This document shows, piece by piece, positions 27,801-41,788 of a DNA stretch of 64,000 nt. Origin of the DNA: the human T2T-CHM13v2.0 reference genome, Homo sapiens; NCBI RefSeq assembly GCF_009914755.1, contig NC_060932.1, one strand, 5' to 3'. Position 1 is the first letter of the stretch. Each line of letters opens with the position of its first letter. Under the pieces are notes generated by a model, which worked only from the letters and a program-made list of their open reading frames with translations, made no database searches and was not told where the DNA came from. A program made the translations under genes and the position numbers.

Positions 27801-29152
27801 TAGGAAGAGAAGGGAGAAGGAGAAGAAGACATTTAATAATTAACCAACAAATGAGTACCGCATTGTTTTCCATTCCAGAACCTGTGGCCCTGAGTAGCCA
27901 GAGAGGATGTGATTCAGTGCATGGGTGGCAGGGTTGGTCTTAGATCCGGTGTCAGGAGGAGATGGGTGTATAACACGATGGCAGGACAGTAATGGAGGTG
28001 TGGTGGAAGGGATGAAGGGGTTTTCCTACCAACAAGCCTGTCCAGTGCCTTTATTTGTCAGTCAAAGCCTTTCTCCAGCTAATGTCAATTTGCATTTCCA
28101 TGTATCTTACCTTGTCCAAACTTTATCCTACATGACCCAGCCAGGCCTTCAGTAGCAGATGTTACACATAAAGTTCCTTTTGCCCAAAGAGTCTCCTGTG
28201 TCCTCTAAGTAGCAAATCCTCCCCACAGCCTGCACAATGGCTATCACCTATCTTGCTTCCTCTGACGTGCCTGGACAGTCAATCCTTCTGCCCTGTGGGC
28301 TTCTTTGTTACTTGGTTTACTAGTCTGTTAAAGCTACCTGTGCACAAAGGTGGAGCCTCACTCATTGCTCAATCAGTAGCTCCCAGCGTAGAGCTCAGGG
28401 TTGGCCAGTCATTCCACAGACCACTGGGAATGAATGATTGTTAGAAGGAATTAGTGAGTGAGCATCTCATCGTGCCACTGATCTAGCTCTCAATGGACTC
28501 ATCAATGAAAGGACTGCACAGAGACTGGTGGATGAGATTAGTGGCTCTCACTGGGGAAGCCCACCAGTGGAACCAGAGGGAATTTGGGGAAGTCTGGGCT
28601 CACTTAGAATTAAAAGAATCAGCCTCTCTGGGTATTTTTAGGGGACAGTGGGATGCCACCCTCTGTGTTAGGAATCAACGTCTGGGCAGGTCTCTCGAAG
28701 TCCTTTCATTTTGTACATCTAATGAATTCTATTTTGTTCTGTGGGTTTCAGCCTGAAAAAGTGGTGCTCTGATACCAGGATGCATTGAGCCTTCCCTGAG
28801 CGGCTGCCCCAATTAGCCTGAGCAGTGACATGCAAATCCCCGAGATGTTTTGCATTTTTTCTGGCATGGTCCTTACCACAGCCTGCTCTGTGTTGTCTTT
28901 GTTTGTGTTAAGAGCTGAATCCCAGCTGTTTAGGAGTCTCAACAGCCAGGGGCTGATGTACTCATTTCTGTTTCTCCTGCAGACCTAGTTAGTAACTGAC
29001 TCACAATGTGTCCTCTGTTCACTTTTTGTTTGCTTTTTTTCTCATTGAAATGAAATTGAATTCATCTGGGTAGTGCCCTCCTACCCTTAGTTACAATTTT
29101 GACCTTTAGAAGTATAATCAGCTGTGTACAAATTTTCAAATTAACAAATTAA

Positions 29153-29478
<326 letters not shown>

Positions 29479-30271
29479 ACGCAACCTTATTTTTTATGGA
29501 AGTGGGCACAGCACTCCCAGTAGCCTGCAGTCACCGCTGGGCAGTGGGGCACAAGCCAGGGGAAGTAATCCCATTCTCTGAGCACCATGCTGGGTGCTTC
29601 CCCACCATCAGCCTGAAAGGAGGGTGCTAATGGCTCTCCTCTCATAGATGAAGAATTTGAGGCTCGGGGATGAAGGTCACTCCTGCTTAACATGTGTTCT
29701 GGTGATGAGAAAGCCCCCTCTTTGTAGAGAATCCCTCCCCCTTGGCCTCATCCTCAAGGCCATTGACTTCCAAGTAGCTACCTGGTCCTATTGAGAGAGG
29801 GCTGTCTTTGGATTGCTAAGGGTCCTGGGATGGTGAGAGAAGTACACACTTGGAAAAGGATCTACAGACACCTCCTGAAAATGAGCCAGAAAGAGCCCTC
29901 CATGCAGTCGGAGAAGGATGAATCCATCATGGAAGAAGCTAGCTCAGTTTTCCTTCAGTTTCAGCTCCTGACAGTCCCTGCATTCAGTGCTGCACTCTAG
30001 ATTTACCCAGAGGCTGTGGTTCTCCCTCACACCCAACTCTTTCTCCATCTCAGACTTTGCTCACCCTGTTTCCTCTTCCTGGAAAGGCCTCCTGATATCC
30101 TTGGCTCTTTCTGGCTGGTACCTCTTCACACTGTAGCAGATGCTGCTGGCGCCTGGTCTCAGCTCGCCCTGGCCACTTCCAGGTTCCCCTGCAGCAGCCA
30201 CCTAGCGTCCAGCCTCCACCTCCTCATGCCTCTGCTCCTCTGCCTAAGGTCTTCATTTGGCAGAAGCCAGC

Positions 30272-30635
30272 TGATATGCTTTGGCTGTGTCCCCAACCAA
30301 ATCTCATCTCGAATTGTGGCTCCCATAATTCCCACATGCTGTGGCAGGGGCCTGGTGGGAGGTAATTGAATCACGGGGACAAGTCTTTTCCTTGCTGTTC
30401 TGGTGATAGTGAGTAAGTCTCATGAGATCTGAAGGTTTTATAAAGGGGAGTTCCCCTGCACAAGCTGTCTTGCCTGTTGCCATGTAAGACATGACTTTGC
30501 TTCTCCTTCACCTTCTGCCATGATTGTGGGGCCTCCCCAGCCACACGGAACTGTGAGTCCATTAAACCTCTTTTCTTTATAAATTACCCAGTCTCGGGTA
30601 TGTCTTAATTAGCAGTGTGAGAACAGACCAATACA
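30272..30635 (+). mobile_element. THE1B solo LTR
   Basis: tgatatg...tcccataattcccacatg...aaaggggagttcccctgcacaagc...ataca; perfect TSD ccagc 30267-30271 / 30636-30640. Confidence 0.95.
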
Positions 30636-30939
30636 CCAGCTCAGCACTGTATAGGGCAGGTGGAAAATGCCAGAGATTTGGCACCCTCAGGGCAGTCCTC
30701 AGCCAGCAAAGGAAGAGAATGTGTGTAGAAATGACCTGGCTTCCTGGTCCCCGGAGGGGACAATGCTAAGATGCCTTCTACAAAATTGCCACCTGTTGCC
30801 TAGAGGGTCACCTACCCTTTGAGGCCCCTTTCTTGGCTTTTGTTCTTTCTGATTTATGTTCCCCCTCATTCACTTTTGCTTCCAGGGATCACCTCCCACG
30901 TAAGCTACCTGCACCAAGTCCTGGTCTCAGGGTCAGCTT

Positions 30940-30971
30940 GGGGTGGGGGGCGGGGGGCAGGGGGCGGGGGG
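30940..30971 (+). other. G-quadruplex-forming motif
   Basis: ggggtggggggcggggggcagggggcgggggg: five G-runs of 4 or more with 1-2 nt loops. Confidence 0.8.
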
Positions 30972-30993
30972 TACAGGGAGAGAGTACTAAGAC

Positions 30994-31180
30994 TATAATA
31001 AATAATAGCACGTTGTATATTTCAAAATTGCTAAAAGAGTGGATTGTAAATGTGTTCACCACAAAAACATAAGTATATGAGATGATGGATTTGTTAATTA
31101 GCATGATCCGATCATCCCACAGTGTGAGTATATATCAAAACATACAATCATTATTTGTCAATTAAAAATAAAATTAAAAG
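30994..31180 (+). mobile_element. L1MA-type 3' end fragment
   Basis: ttgtatatttcaaaattgctaaaagagtggatt...tcaccacaaaa...gatggatttgttaattagc. Confidence 0.8.
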
Positions 31181-32592
31181 AAGATACTCATTAAGGTCCA
31201 CTCACACCTTATCTGGTGACCCCATCCCAGGTGAGAGCTGGTGAGGGTCTCCTCCTCAGAGGGCCCAGGAATCTGTGGTTTCCCCTGTCCCAGCACAGAG
31301 CAGGATGGAGTGCAATGGTCTCTTCACTTCTCTGTCTCCCCCAGTAGGCCATGGGTTCCTGGAGGGCAGGAGCTCTGTCTTGTGAGCTTTAGACTCCAGT
31401 GCCTAGCAGATAGGAGATTCTCAGTGTTTACTTTTCAGCTCAGTAATTCACCATGTGGCTCAGTTTCTCCATTTATGAGCTTGTCTCTAGGGCCCTGGAC
31501 CTTGTGAGTCTTCATGAGGACAGGATGTGGGGTGGGCCAGTTGTCACGTGGGGCTCCTGCCACCAGGCAAGGTCCTGATATAACTACGGTTATAGTTGCG
31601 GTGTGGGGCAAGGGCTCCCCAACTCCAGATGAGCAGATTTGGGTCAATTTCTTAATATTTTTTAAGGGCTGTGATGTATCTTGGCTATAAATGGTCTTTT
31701 CTGCACCTGGGGCATTTTCTTTTAGAAATACTGCTTTGGAAGTCAGATTAAGATGCGTTTAAATGGAACATTTAATGATTGTTTTAAAACAATCCAGGTC
31801 ATAGCATACAAACACACACACACTGATTCTGTGCTCTGTATCCTACGGCCTAGAACCAAGACTTGCTGAGTGAGTCCTCACCCTCCAGTTTAGAGGAAAC
31901 AGGTGAGGACGTGGCCACCACAAAGCAAGAGGACAGGGCAGGGCAGAACAGAATGGAGGGCGCCCTGTCCCACTGCACTGCACTCCGGGGCTCCTACAAC
32001 CCATTCAAATATGAACAGTAAGTCGCTCACCAAGGGCTGGATCAGCCACTGTTCCCAGCTCCCACCCAAACATTCCTCTACAAGTATTTCCTCTCAGAGA
32101 AAAAATCAAAAACACCTGTAACTGGATGAGGGGAAATGAGTGTAGATTTCAGACTAAACCAATTCAGACCCTATCATCTTCCCAGACTCTCCAATCTGGC
32201 AAAGCCCTTTGAGAGTATTTCTGTGAAACCCACTTTTCTTAATATTTATTGTACCCAGATCTCCCCTTTGGAATACCATCAGACCTGCAGTTTCTTTCCT
32301 TGGGGAAAGGCAGGACGCACGCACCCAGCAATCAGACACATCCTCAGGGATGCCTGGATCTCCTGAAACCTAGTGGGTCCTGAATGGAGCTACCTCCAGA
32401 TGAGAAGTGCAGGCCAAGGCTCTGGGAAGGAAGGGGCCCGGCCACTCACACATCTAAGTCAGCGGGAGGCTTAGACATGAAGCCAGGAAGCCTGGTGCCT
32501 ATCTCATCAGAGAGAGAAAGATCAGTTAATTCACCAACAACACAACCATTGATATTTAATGTGGTGTCCAGGTTCAGGGCCAATTGTATATA

Positions 32593-32919
32593 TTTTTTTT
32601 GAGACAGGGTCTTGCTATGTTGCCCAGGTTGGAGTGCAGTGGTGCAATCACAGCTCACTGCAGCCTTGACGTCCCAGACTCAAGTGATCCTCCCACCTCA
32701 ACCCTTCCAAGTAGCTGGAACTACAGGTATGCACCACCATGCCTGGCTAATTTTTGTATTTTTTTTGGTATTGTTATTATTATTATTATTATTATTATTT
32801 GTGGAGACAGGGTTTAACTATGTTACCCAGGCTGGTCTCAAACTCCTGAGCTCAAGCAATCAGCCAGTCTCGGCCCCACAAAGTGCTGGGATTACAGACG
32901 TGAGCCACCAGGCCCAGCT
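32593..32919 (-). mobile_element. AluJb with (TTA)n expansion in the middle linker
   Basis: cagctcactgcagccttgac...caagtgatcctcccacctca; TTA run ~32768-32800. Confidence 0.93.
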
Positions 32920-32936
32920 GTATTTTTAAAATAGTC

Positions 32937-33322
32937 TTTTTTTTTTTTGAGGTGTAATTTATTTACAGTGAAATTTAGCTATTTAAGATGTACAACTCAA
33001 TGATTTTATAGTGTAGAATTGTGTTCACTAAAACAGTGACAGTGATAGTGACTGTCACTAAAAATTTAGTGTAGATTTTTTGTAGAATTGAAGAAAAACT
33101 TCATGCCCACTAACTGTCACTCCCCATTCTTACCTCTACCCTAGGTAAACACTAATTTACTTTCTCTCTGCAGATTTGCCTTTTCTGAACATTTCATAGC
33201 AAAGAAATCACACAGTATGTGTTATTTTGTGCTTGGCTTCTTCCACTTAGCATCATGTTTTTGAGGTTTATCCATGTTGTAGGGCACAGTAGTACTTTGT
33301 TCCTTTTTTATTGCTGAATTAT
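32937..33322 (-). mobile_element. L1MB7/8-like 3' end
   Basis: cactccccattc...actaatttactttctc...gatttgccttttctgaacatttcata; cacttagcatcatgtttttgaggtttatccatgttgtag. Confidence 0.85.
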
Positions 33323-33353
33323 AGACCCAGGGCCAATTGTTTGAAGTGGTAGC

Positions 33354-33421
33354 GTGTGTGTGTGTGTGCGTGTGTGTGCATATGAGCATGTGTGTGCATG
33401 TGTGTGTGTGTGTGTGCATGT
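33354..33421. repeat. Degenerate (TG)n tract
   Basis: TG run with GCAT interruptions. Confidence 0.9.
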
Positions 33422-33678
33422 AGAAGAGACACTAGGAGTTGAGGTCCTGTGGGGAGGACTGGCTGGGTTTCTATATGACAACCTGTTTTAGTGTCTATCC
33501 ATTTTTAATGGTGAGATGACCCATATGCAGGGGCTCCAAGTTAGCTGGAGAGGACAGGGCGAGTATCTGGTGGTTCTTTCTACTTTAGAGGCAAGGGCTG
33601 GCCAAGTCTGCCTTTTTCCTCCTTACCGAGTCCTTGGCACATTTCTTCTGAAAACAACGGGGATTTTTGGTTGTTTAA

Positions 33679-34058
33679 TGTATTAGTCCATTCTCACATT
33701 GCTATAAAGAGCTACCTGAGACTGGGTAATTTATAAAGAAAAGAGGTTTAATTAACTCACAGTCCTGCACACTGTACAGGAAACATGGCTAGGGAGGCCT
33801 CAATAAACTTACAAATATGTTGGAAGGTGAAGGGGACGCAGGTACATCTTATATGGCCAGCGCAGGAGGAAGAGGGCAAAGGGGGAGGTGCTGTACATTT
33901 GTAAACAAGCAGATCTTGTGAGAACTCACTGTCACAAGAACAGCAAGGGGGAAGTCCACCCCCATGATCCAATCACCTACCACCAGGCCCCTCCTCCAAC
34001 ACTGAGGATTATAATTCAACATGAGATTTGGGTAGGGACACAAATCCAAACCATATCA
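33679..34058 (-). mobile_element. MSTA solo LTR
   Basis: tgtattagtccattctcacattgctataaag...gagatttgggtagggacacaaatccaaaccatatca; TSD tttaa / ttcaa. Confidence 0.92.
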
Positions 34059-35579
34059 TTCAAGCTGTAGGACTGTGGGATCTTCTCCCCCCACAAAGCT
34101 ATACTTCTTTTGTGCTTGACTCATCTGAATTCAAAATCTTGAATATCCTTATTCTCATCCCAGACTCAAGGAAAGAGATCCTCATGATACTCTTCCCTTT
34201 GATGTAGGGTCTGGGGTGGAGTTGATGGGGTGATTGGCTGGGCTATTGGTGGTGGGTTATTGACGGGGCAATTGGCAAGGCCAGGCATCCCATAGGCAGC
34301 CTTGAGGGGATGTATGTGTTTTATGTGTTATCCTTCCTGACCCAGGTTCAGCCTGAACCTTGGCTGAGAGCAAGGCAGAGTTGGAGCACAAGGCGGTGCC
34401 CAGGAGGACACTGGAAGGCTGGAGCCCACCCCAAAGATAGGCTTTGGAGAGCCCAGAGAGCACCATGTTCCAGGGTCCTCCCAAACGGTCTTCAGATTAC
34501 CAAGGACTGTTACGTGGGAGAAAGTATCTGCACTCCATGAGCTTCCAGTGCGCTGGACAAAAACCAGTGTTCCTGAGTCATAGCTTGTGGACAACAGGAG
34601 GGGGCTGTGGCATCATGAGCCACTGGAAAAGGGACTCGGGTCTGGCTAGTGTGCCAGTCCCGACAGGTGATTCAGATCCCAATTAGGAATTTAAGTATAA
34701 TCCTGGCCATGTCAACTGGGAAGCCTTGGCTTGGGCTGGGAAGGAGGGGGCTGTATTCATGCCTTAAGCTCACTTCTGCTATGTAGACACCAGGCTGAGG
34801 GCATGGAGACACTAGGGTTCTGCCTGTCTGTGGTAGCAACTGACTTATGAAATGGGCATGGCTGATCCTTCTTGGGCAGGGCTCCTGGGTCTACCATTGA
34901 GTGAGCTGAAGGAAGTTAGGGTTAATTTCTTTTTTGTCACTCTAAGTATCTTCCCATTTCCCTAAGCTCTGGGCTTTGGGGTTAAACTACTGGGGTTAAG
35001 TAATAAGAAAGGAGTAAATTCATGAGTCATTCTCATGTCTTTCTGTTGTCCTCAGCTCTATTAGTCCCCAGTAAGTCCTCCTTAATATTCCCAGCATTAT
35101 TGAGGCAGTTTAATGGCTCCTATATTTAAAAGGGACAGTGAACTTGCCTTACAATCATTCTTACAAGATCCTTTATGAATAGCAACAATGTTCACATTAC
35201 GATTTCACATTCCGCTTTAATAAGAATGGAATTGCCATGGGCGATTCTGAATGAGCTGGTCTTGGCTTCTAATTGCTGTAGGTCTTCTGGCAGCATCCTG
35301 CTCTATTTCCTGGCTCTTCACTAGATTAAATTAACTTTCCTCACAGTTCAGCCCCTAACCCTTCTTTGGGCTAGCAATCTGGAGAGACAGATCAAAAGAT
35401 TACAGAATTTTTGGCACTCAAGGGTCCCCCTGACCCCAACAAAGTGCAGAAATCTTCAAAATGGCAGAACAGACCTATGGATGGTCCAATTTCAACTTGA
35501 ATCTACCAAGGATAGGTCCCCTGTTTTAGCCCCAGATGGTTCTTTTGCTGAGTAGCTCCAGAGAACTCCCCTTAACATT

Positions 35580-35800
35580 GAGCAGAGTGGACCAGAGAAA
35601 AGTGGTTTTGGAGACAAACAGATCTGTGGTGAGTCTGACTATATCTATAACATTAAGCAGATTATTTCCTTTCTCTGTGTTTCAGCTTTACCATTGGTAA
35701 AATGCACATAATGAAGTTGACCTCAAGTTGTATGCAGACTTAGCTGTGATAATAGATGGCAATGCTGAGCATGGAACAGGTGCTTAACAAGCTATTAATT
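35580..35800 (+). mobile_element. MIR SINE
   Basis: ttttggagacaaacagatctg; ttctctgtgtttcagcttta...gtaaaatg; caggtgcttaacaa. Confidence 0.55.
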
Positions 35801-36398
35801 ATATTTGTGAGTAATAGTAACGCCCTGGCAGTTACTAAAGACAGACTTCTTCAAGATCTATTCCAAACCACTTCAAACTCACCTTTACAAGAAAGGCTAG
35901 AAAGCTCAAACTAAAACAAAATTAAAGAAAGCTGAGATTCCCTGTTCTCTCCTGCATCCAGAGTTCTGTGTGTGTCTCAGCTTCTGCCAGAGATTGGAGC
36001 AGCAGTGAGAAAGTGGAGGTGATGGCCTCGATGGGATAACTGGATCTTTCTGGCGGGAGTGGTGTCTGCATTTCCTGGAGTAGTCCCTGTAGAGTTTCTA
36101 GCATCTGGTTCCCAAGCACCACAGAAGCTAAGTGGATCCCCAGTATGGGATTCTCCACTGGAGTCTCAGCTATGGTTAAGCATCTTTCCTGCCTACATTG
36201 TTCCTGGGCATGTAGAATCTAAGTCTGATTTCGTGACTCTTCCAGAGGTGCTGTGAGCTAAGTCTTTAATAAATTATTTATTGTCTAAATTAGCTTGAAT
36301 CAATTCTTCTTTTAAAATCTGTAGCCTAAAACCATGATCAACGTAATTGCTTGTAACAATTCCTCCACTTCTAAGAGCTGTCTAAAATGCTTTTCTAA

Positions 36399-37080
<682 letters not shown>

Positions 37081-39899
37081 ACCGTGTGTCTGCCTTTGAT
37101 GACATGGATTTTCATATCACCCCTTCATAATCCTAACTAACTTGGAGTGATTTTAAGGTGATTAGAAAGGGAATGTAAAATGGCATTGGTGCCTCTTCTG
37201 CACCCAGTGGTGCTCGCTGGGTGCTGAAACAAAGGCAATGTTGTGCAAATGTTAATTCTCTGAGACTAGATGAAGGCTTCACTGTCAAGGACAAATTAGG
37301 TTCACTATGAGCACAGAGAATGGCTACCTTCATGGAACAAATAGTATCTTCTATGCATGTAGAGGAAGGACTCCTGCCATTCCTTCCCACCCTTTCACCT
37401 TCTTCCCACCATCCAACCAACTCCCTTATATAGGAGGACAGTTGCTAATATAATGGATCTGGTCTAGTGACTTGGATTGGACCACCTTTTACCAGTGCCT
37501 GGACAGGGACTTTCTGTTCAGGGGCCTTGGTGAGATCTTTCTCTCTATCTCTCTCTCTTTCCTTCATCTCTCTGATTGCAACAGTATGGGTCATGAATTC
37601 ATGAGAAACGACAGGGGTGCTGAATACCATTCATGTTTGTAGAACTACAAGTAGATTCAGATGACTGAGAGTGTGGTGTATTATAGAAGGAGACGGCCAG
37701 AAGTTGGAGCAGATCATATGGAGCTCTGAGTAGCTTTAAGGCACCCAGGTGTTCAATCCCTGTTACCCAGCCAAACCCCATATGTAACTAAAACTACATG
37801 GAAGTCCTACTTCAACTTCTCCTTACATTGCCCTAGCTTCTCTCTACCTTCCTTCCTCTCCAGTCTCTGATTCCCTTTTGATGCCTTTTCCCTTCAAATA
37901 CACTTAGCATGGTGATTTTAATGGGCTTTCACTCAGACCCAACTATCAAAGGTAGATGAACCCTGTAGACCTATATCCTACTCCCATTCCAGAATGTCAC
38001 ACAAACGAAACACCTACTTTAACCAGAGTCCATGCCTGTAGCTTTCCTATCATGATAACTTTTGATGGTCTGAGCACCCAGTGAGTTAGTAGTCATCAGC
38101 CTCTTTAATAGGTTCGGGAGGCCCAGAGAGACTTGGCAAAATGGCCAGGGTTGCTCAAAGTCTTAGTAGCAGAGCCCAAAATCTTGACAGTTGTGACCCT
38201 AATGATGGTGCTCCTACTGGGTTGGGGGTTTATTTTATCTTCCTCATCCTTGGCCTTAGCCAAATGCTCCTGAAATCTATGGCAATGTCCTGCTGAACTT
38301 GGCCCCACAGAATAAGTCAGGTCTGGTCCTGGGCTTGGTTATCTTTCCTCTTGTGGCCCTGAGCCCCCTCATGTTGCTGGAGAGCTCTAAAGAACAGCAT
38401 GAAAAACCGAGGTTGCTGTTAGTGGGTGGGAATTTAATGGGTTTGGTTGGTTGGTAGATGATAGCAGAAGCCTTGCTGGAGGATCTTGCTTCTGCTTTCC
38501 TTAGTTTCCTTACCTGTACAGTGAGGAAGCTGGGCACACAGCCTGGCTTAGCTCTCATTGCTCATGGGTCTTTAGTCCAAGAAATGGAAAGCCAAAAAAA
38601 AAAAAAAAAAAAAAAAAGGAAAAAGAAGTCCTGCAGGAAGGCCACTTCCTGCTTTCCTGGGTCCACCCCTGAGCTTCAGCCATGTGGTTTCTGAGCTGAT
38701 GAGGGCCAGAGGCCAACATGAATCTATGTGTCATCTCATGGGAAACTAAGATGGGTTGGTGGAGGTGGCACAGACAGTATGTTGAAAGAATTCTGAGGCT
38801 ACCGTTGAGCTTAGCAGGGAAAGAATTCTTGACATGATTCATATTGCCTACCATGAGGGCAGGATTTGGAGGTGGTGGCAGGCATGCCACAAGCAGCCAG
38901 CTCTAGCCAGTGGTAGAATCAGCTCATCAGCTGTGGAGGAAAGAATGACTTTATTCCCAATGGCCTTGAATCAGTTTTTCCAGAAGTAAGCTCTAGGTCT
39001 CCTTTCATCCTCAAACCATATTTCATGGACATATATCATGATTCTTATTTTATATACAAGTAAATCAATGCTCAAAGAGGTTGGGCAACTTGCCCAAGGC
39101 CACTCAGCTAGGACATGATGTATCTAGGATTCAAATCCAGATCTGTCTAATTCCGGTCTGTTTTCTTTCCATGCATTGGTACATTCTGCTCCTTATGTTT
39201 CCTCTCTGGCAAGGGCTGAATTAAAGTTTTATAAGTATGCATGTATTTTTTCAAAAGACTATCAACAAATGAAAAGTTGAAATAATCTTTAAAAAAGATT
39301 TCTCAGCTCAAGACTAAAAATCCTGATTTGAAAAATTAAAGTCATAGAACAGTTGCAGAGGCAGTCATTAGGTCCTTCAAAATCTCCTAAACTTGAGAGG
39401 GAACAGCTAGTGAGAGCTAATAGAGATGCTTGCAAAGGTGACCTCAGGCCTTTCCAGAGATTAGCCCAAAGCAGATAAGGATAAAATACTTTCATTAAGG
39501 CAATTAGAGCTAGCATGAGAGGAATGTTCCCAGGAGACATCACTTCTGGGACACTTTAGCTATAAGCCCCAGGTGTTTGACAGCCACAGTACCTTAAAGC
39601 AGAGAAAGAGCTAGGTCTATTTCTAACTGCAAAAGCAGGAAAACCCTCCATTGGGTTCAGCAAAGAGTTCATCCATGGGTGGTCTATTCTGATATCAGAT
39701 GTAAATTTTTTTGTATTCCTTCTCAATGTCTGATTTATCCAGCGGCATATCACATGACTAAACACAAAGCGAGTAGAGATGAGAGAGTTACCAAGTGACG
39801 CCCAAGGGTTTATAGACTTGAGGCCATTCTCTGAAATCATAGAACTCTTTAGGAGCTATTATACTGATATCTGTTTTTAGATACAATCTGGGCATGGTA

Positions 39900-40880
39900 G
39901 GTGATAGCCATGAGAGATGGGGGCTAGATGATGGGGGCCCTTGAGTGGTGTGCTAAGATAATTGGACTTTATCTTATGGGCACTCTCTTCAAACAGTTTG
40001 AAGGGGTAGATTGATATCATCAGAATGGCATTGCAAATGGCCAAACCAGTGAAGTGTGGAATGTGGACAGAGGGAAACCAGGCTGGAGGAAGGGAGATAG
40101 TCAAAAAGTAGGTGGAAAAGTGTCTGGTTTCCCATTTTACTGTTTCCATGAGGGAAGAAATTACACCTGATTTACCTATTTGTATATCCCTAGAGCTAAG
40201 GATAGTGTCTGCCACCTAGCAGGCTGTATTAGTCAGCTTGCAGACTGCTATAAAGAACTATATGAGACTGGGTAATTTATAAAGAAAAGAGGTTTAATTG
40301 ACTCACAGTTTCACATGGCTAGGGAGGCCTCAGGAAACTTATAATCATGACGGAAGGCACAGGGGAAGCAAGGCATGTCTTACATGGTGGTAGGAGAGAG
40401 AAGTAGACTTTTAAACCATCAAAGCTCATGAGAATTCACCCACTATCACAAGAACAGCATGGGGGAAACCACCCCTATAATCTAATTACCTCCCACCAGG
40501 TCCTTCCCTAGACACATGGGGATTACAATTTGAGATGAGATTTGGGTGGGGATACAGAGCCAAACCATGACACAGGCCCAAAATAAGTATTTGTTAAATG
40601 ATTGAATGATGTGATTTCAGTAATCCTATTGGGAAAAGAGAGTAAAGTCTTCACCAAATTCTTAATAAAGTGAACTGAGAGGAGAGGATGGATTTGAGAA
40701 ATGGGATAAAGTTGGGAGACTTTGGTAATGGACAAAAGTGGGATGTGGGGGCAAAAAAGAGTGTTAGAAGCCTGCAGTTTTCTGGCTTGGGGACTTGGGG
40801 ACTCTCACTGAGTGTGATGGAAACAGATTTGGGGAGATGGTGGGTCAGGGTGAGGTTGGGATGCCCTTGAAACATGCATG
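39900..40880 (-). mobile_element. L2 fragments flanking and hosting THE1D
   Basis: ttggactttatcttatgggca; ggatggatttgaga; gcagttttctggcttggggac; a short + strand L2 tail lies at ~40170-40610. Confidence 0.6.
40225..40572 (-). mobile_element. THE1D-like solo LTR
   Basis: tgtattagtc...gagactgggtaatttataaagaaaagaggtttaattgactcacag...gagatttgggtgggg; perfect TSD caggc 40220-40224 / 40573-40577. Confidence 0.93.
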
Positions 40881-40959
40881 GGGGCATATTCTCATATCAC
40901 TGAGCAGCCAACTTTCTCCTCTGCACTGTCCCTTTAGCATGCACTGTTCTCTTCAAACC

Positions 40960-41310
40960 AGAATCCCTTCCTTCCCTTTCATACAGTTAACTCTCCTGCG
41001 CTTTGGACCCAGCTCTACCTCACTTCTCCAGTGAAGACTTTCCTAGACCCAGCTAGGCCAGTCAGATTCCCAGGCTCTAGTAGACTGCCTCCTTCTCTTC
41101 TAGCTGTAGATCTCAATTGGCAATGGGCCCCTTATGTGTGGTTCATGGATTAATGTCTACCTCCCCTTTTAGAGAGGGTCAGCTCCATAAGTACCAGGAG
41201 CATGTCTCTTTGGTAGTCACCACTGACTCCCAGTAATAAACACCATGCCTGGCACATGGTAAAGGCTGAAAAAAATATTCATTGAATAAATGATCAAATG
41301 AATGAGTGTC
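40960..41310 (+). mobile_element. L2 3' region
   Basis: cacttctccagtgaagactttcc; agctccataagtaccagg; atgcctggcacatggtaaagg...attgaataaatga. Confidence 0.7.
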
Positions 41311-41788
41311 TGTATAAACAAACGAATGCATGTACAGCTGTCATAGCTCTATCTCTTAACACTGAGTCCCAATTAGCTTTCCCGATGGAATCAAAGAGGC
41401 AGTTTTGCAGAGCTGGAATAACATGAGTTTCTGGATTTGAATTGATGTGCCTGCAACACAGTAGGTGCTTGGTAAATGCTCACTGAATTATTCCAAGCTT
41501 TTCTGATCATCTCATCTGAACATCTTTAGGCAAGAAATACAGTGTTTTGAAACTTTGACTTCATTTATCCATATGAGGATAAAGACATCTATCTCAGTTT
41601 TTGAAAAATGAGAATTTGGTGAGATTACCTATGTCAATACCAGGCACATAGTAGACACTCATTAAATGTTTATGATCAACAACTGAGTGAATCATGTAAT
41701 AAAAATCCCCAAGAGTTTACAGGGACCAATCGATAAAATAAATGAGTGCAGCATCAAGAAAATCCAGGTCCTTCCACACACAAAAGGA

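Larger units (their letters stand above)
30132..30993 (+). mobile_element. LTR16-family (LTR16C-like) ERVL LTR split by THE1B
   Basis: Starts tgtagcagatgctg; resumes after THE1B; 3' ttccagggatcacctccc...ctacctgcaccaagtcctggtctcagggtc. Confidence 0.7.

Noticed and set aside
31777-31794. Perfect 18-bp palindrome gattgttttaaaacaatc
   Set aside because: AT-rich; one such palindrome in 64 kb is near chance expectation
38594-38617. Orphan A24 tract (also the A-rich tract at 12397-12432) as a processed-pseudogene tail
   Set aside because: No TSD or recognisable upstream mRNA body; likely slippage expansion
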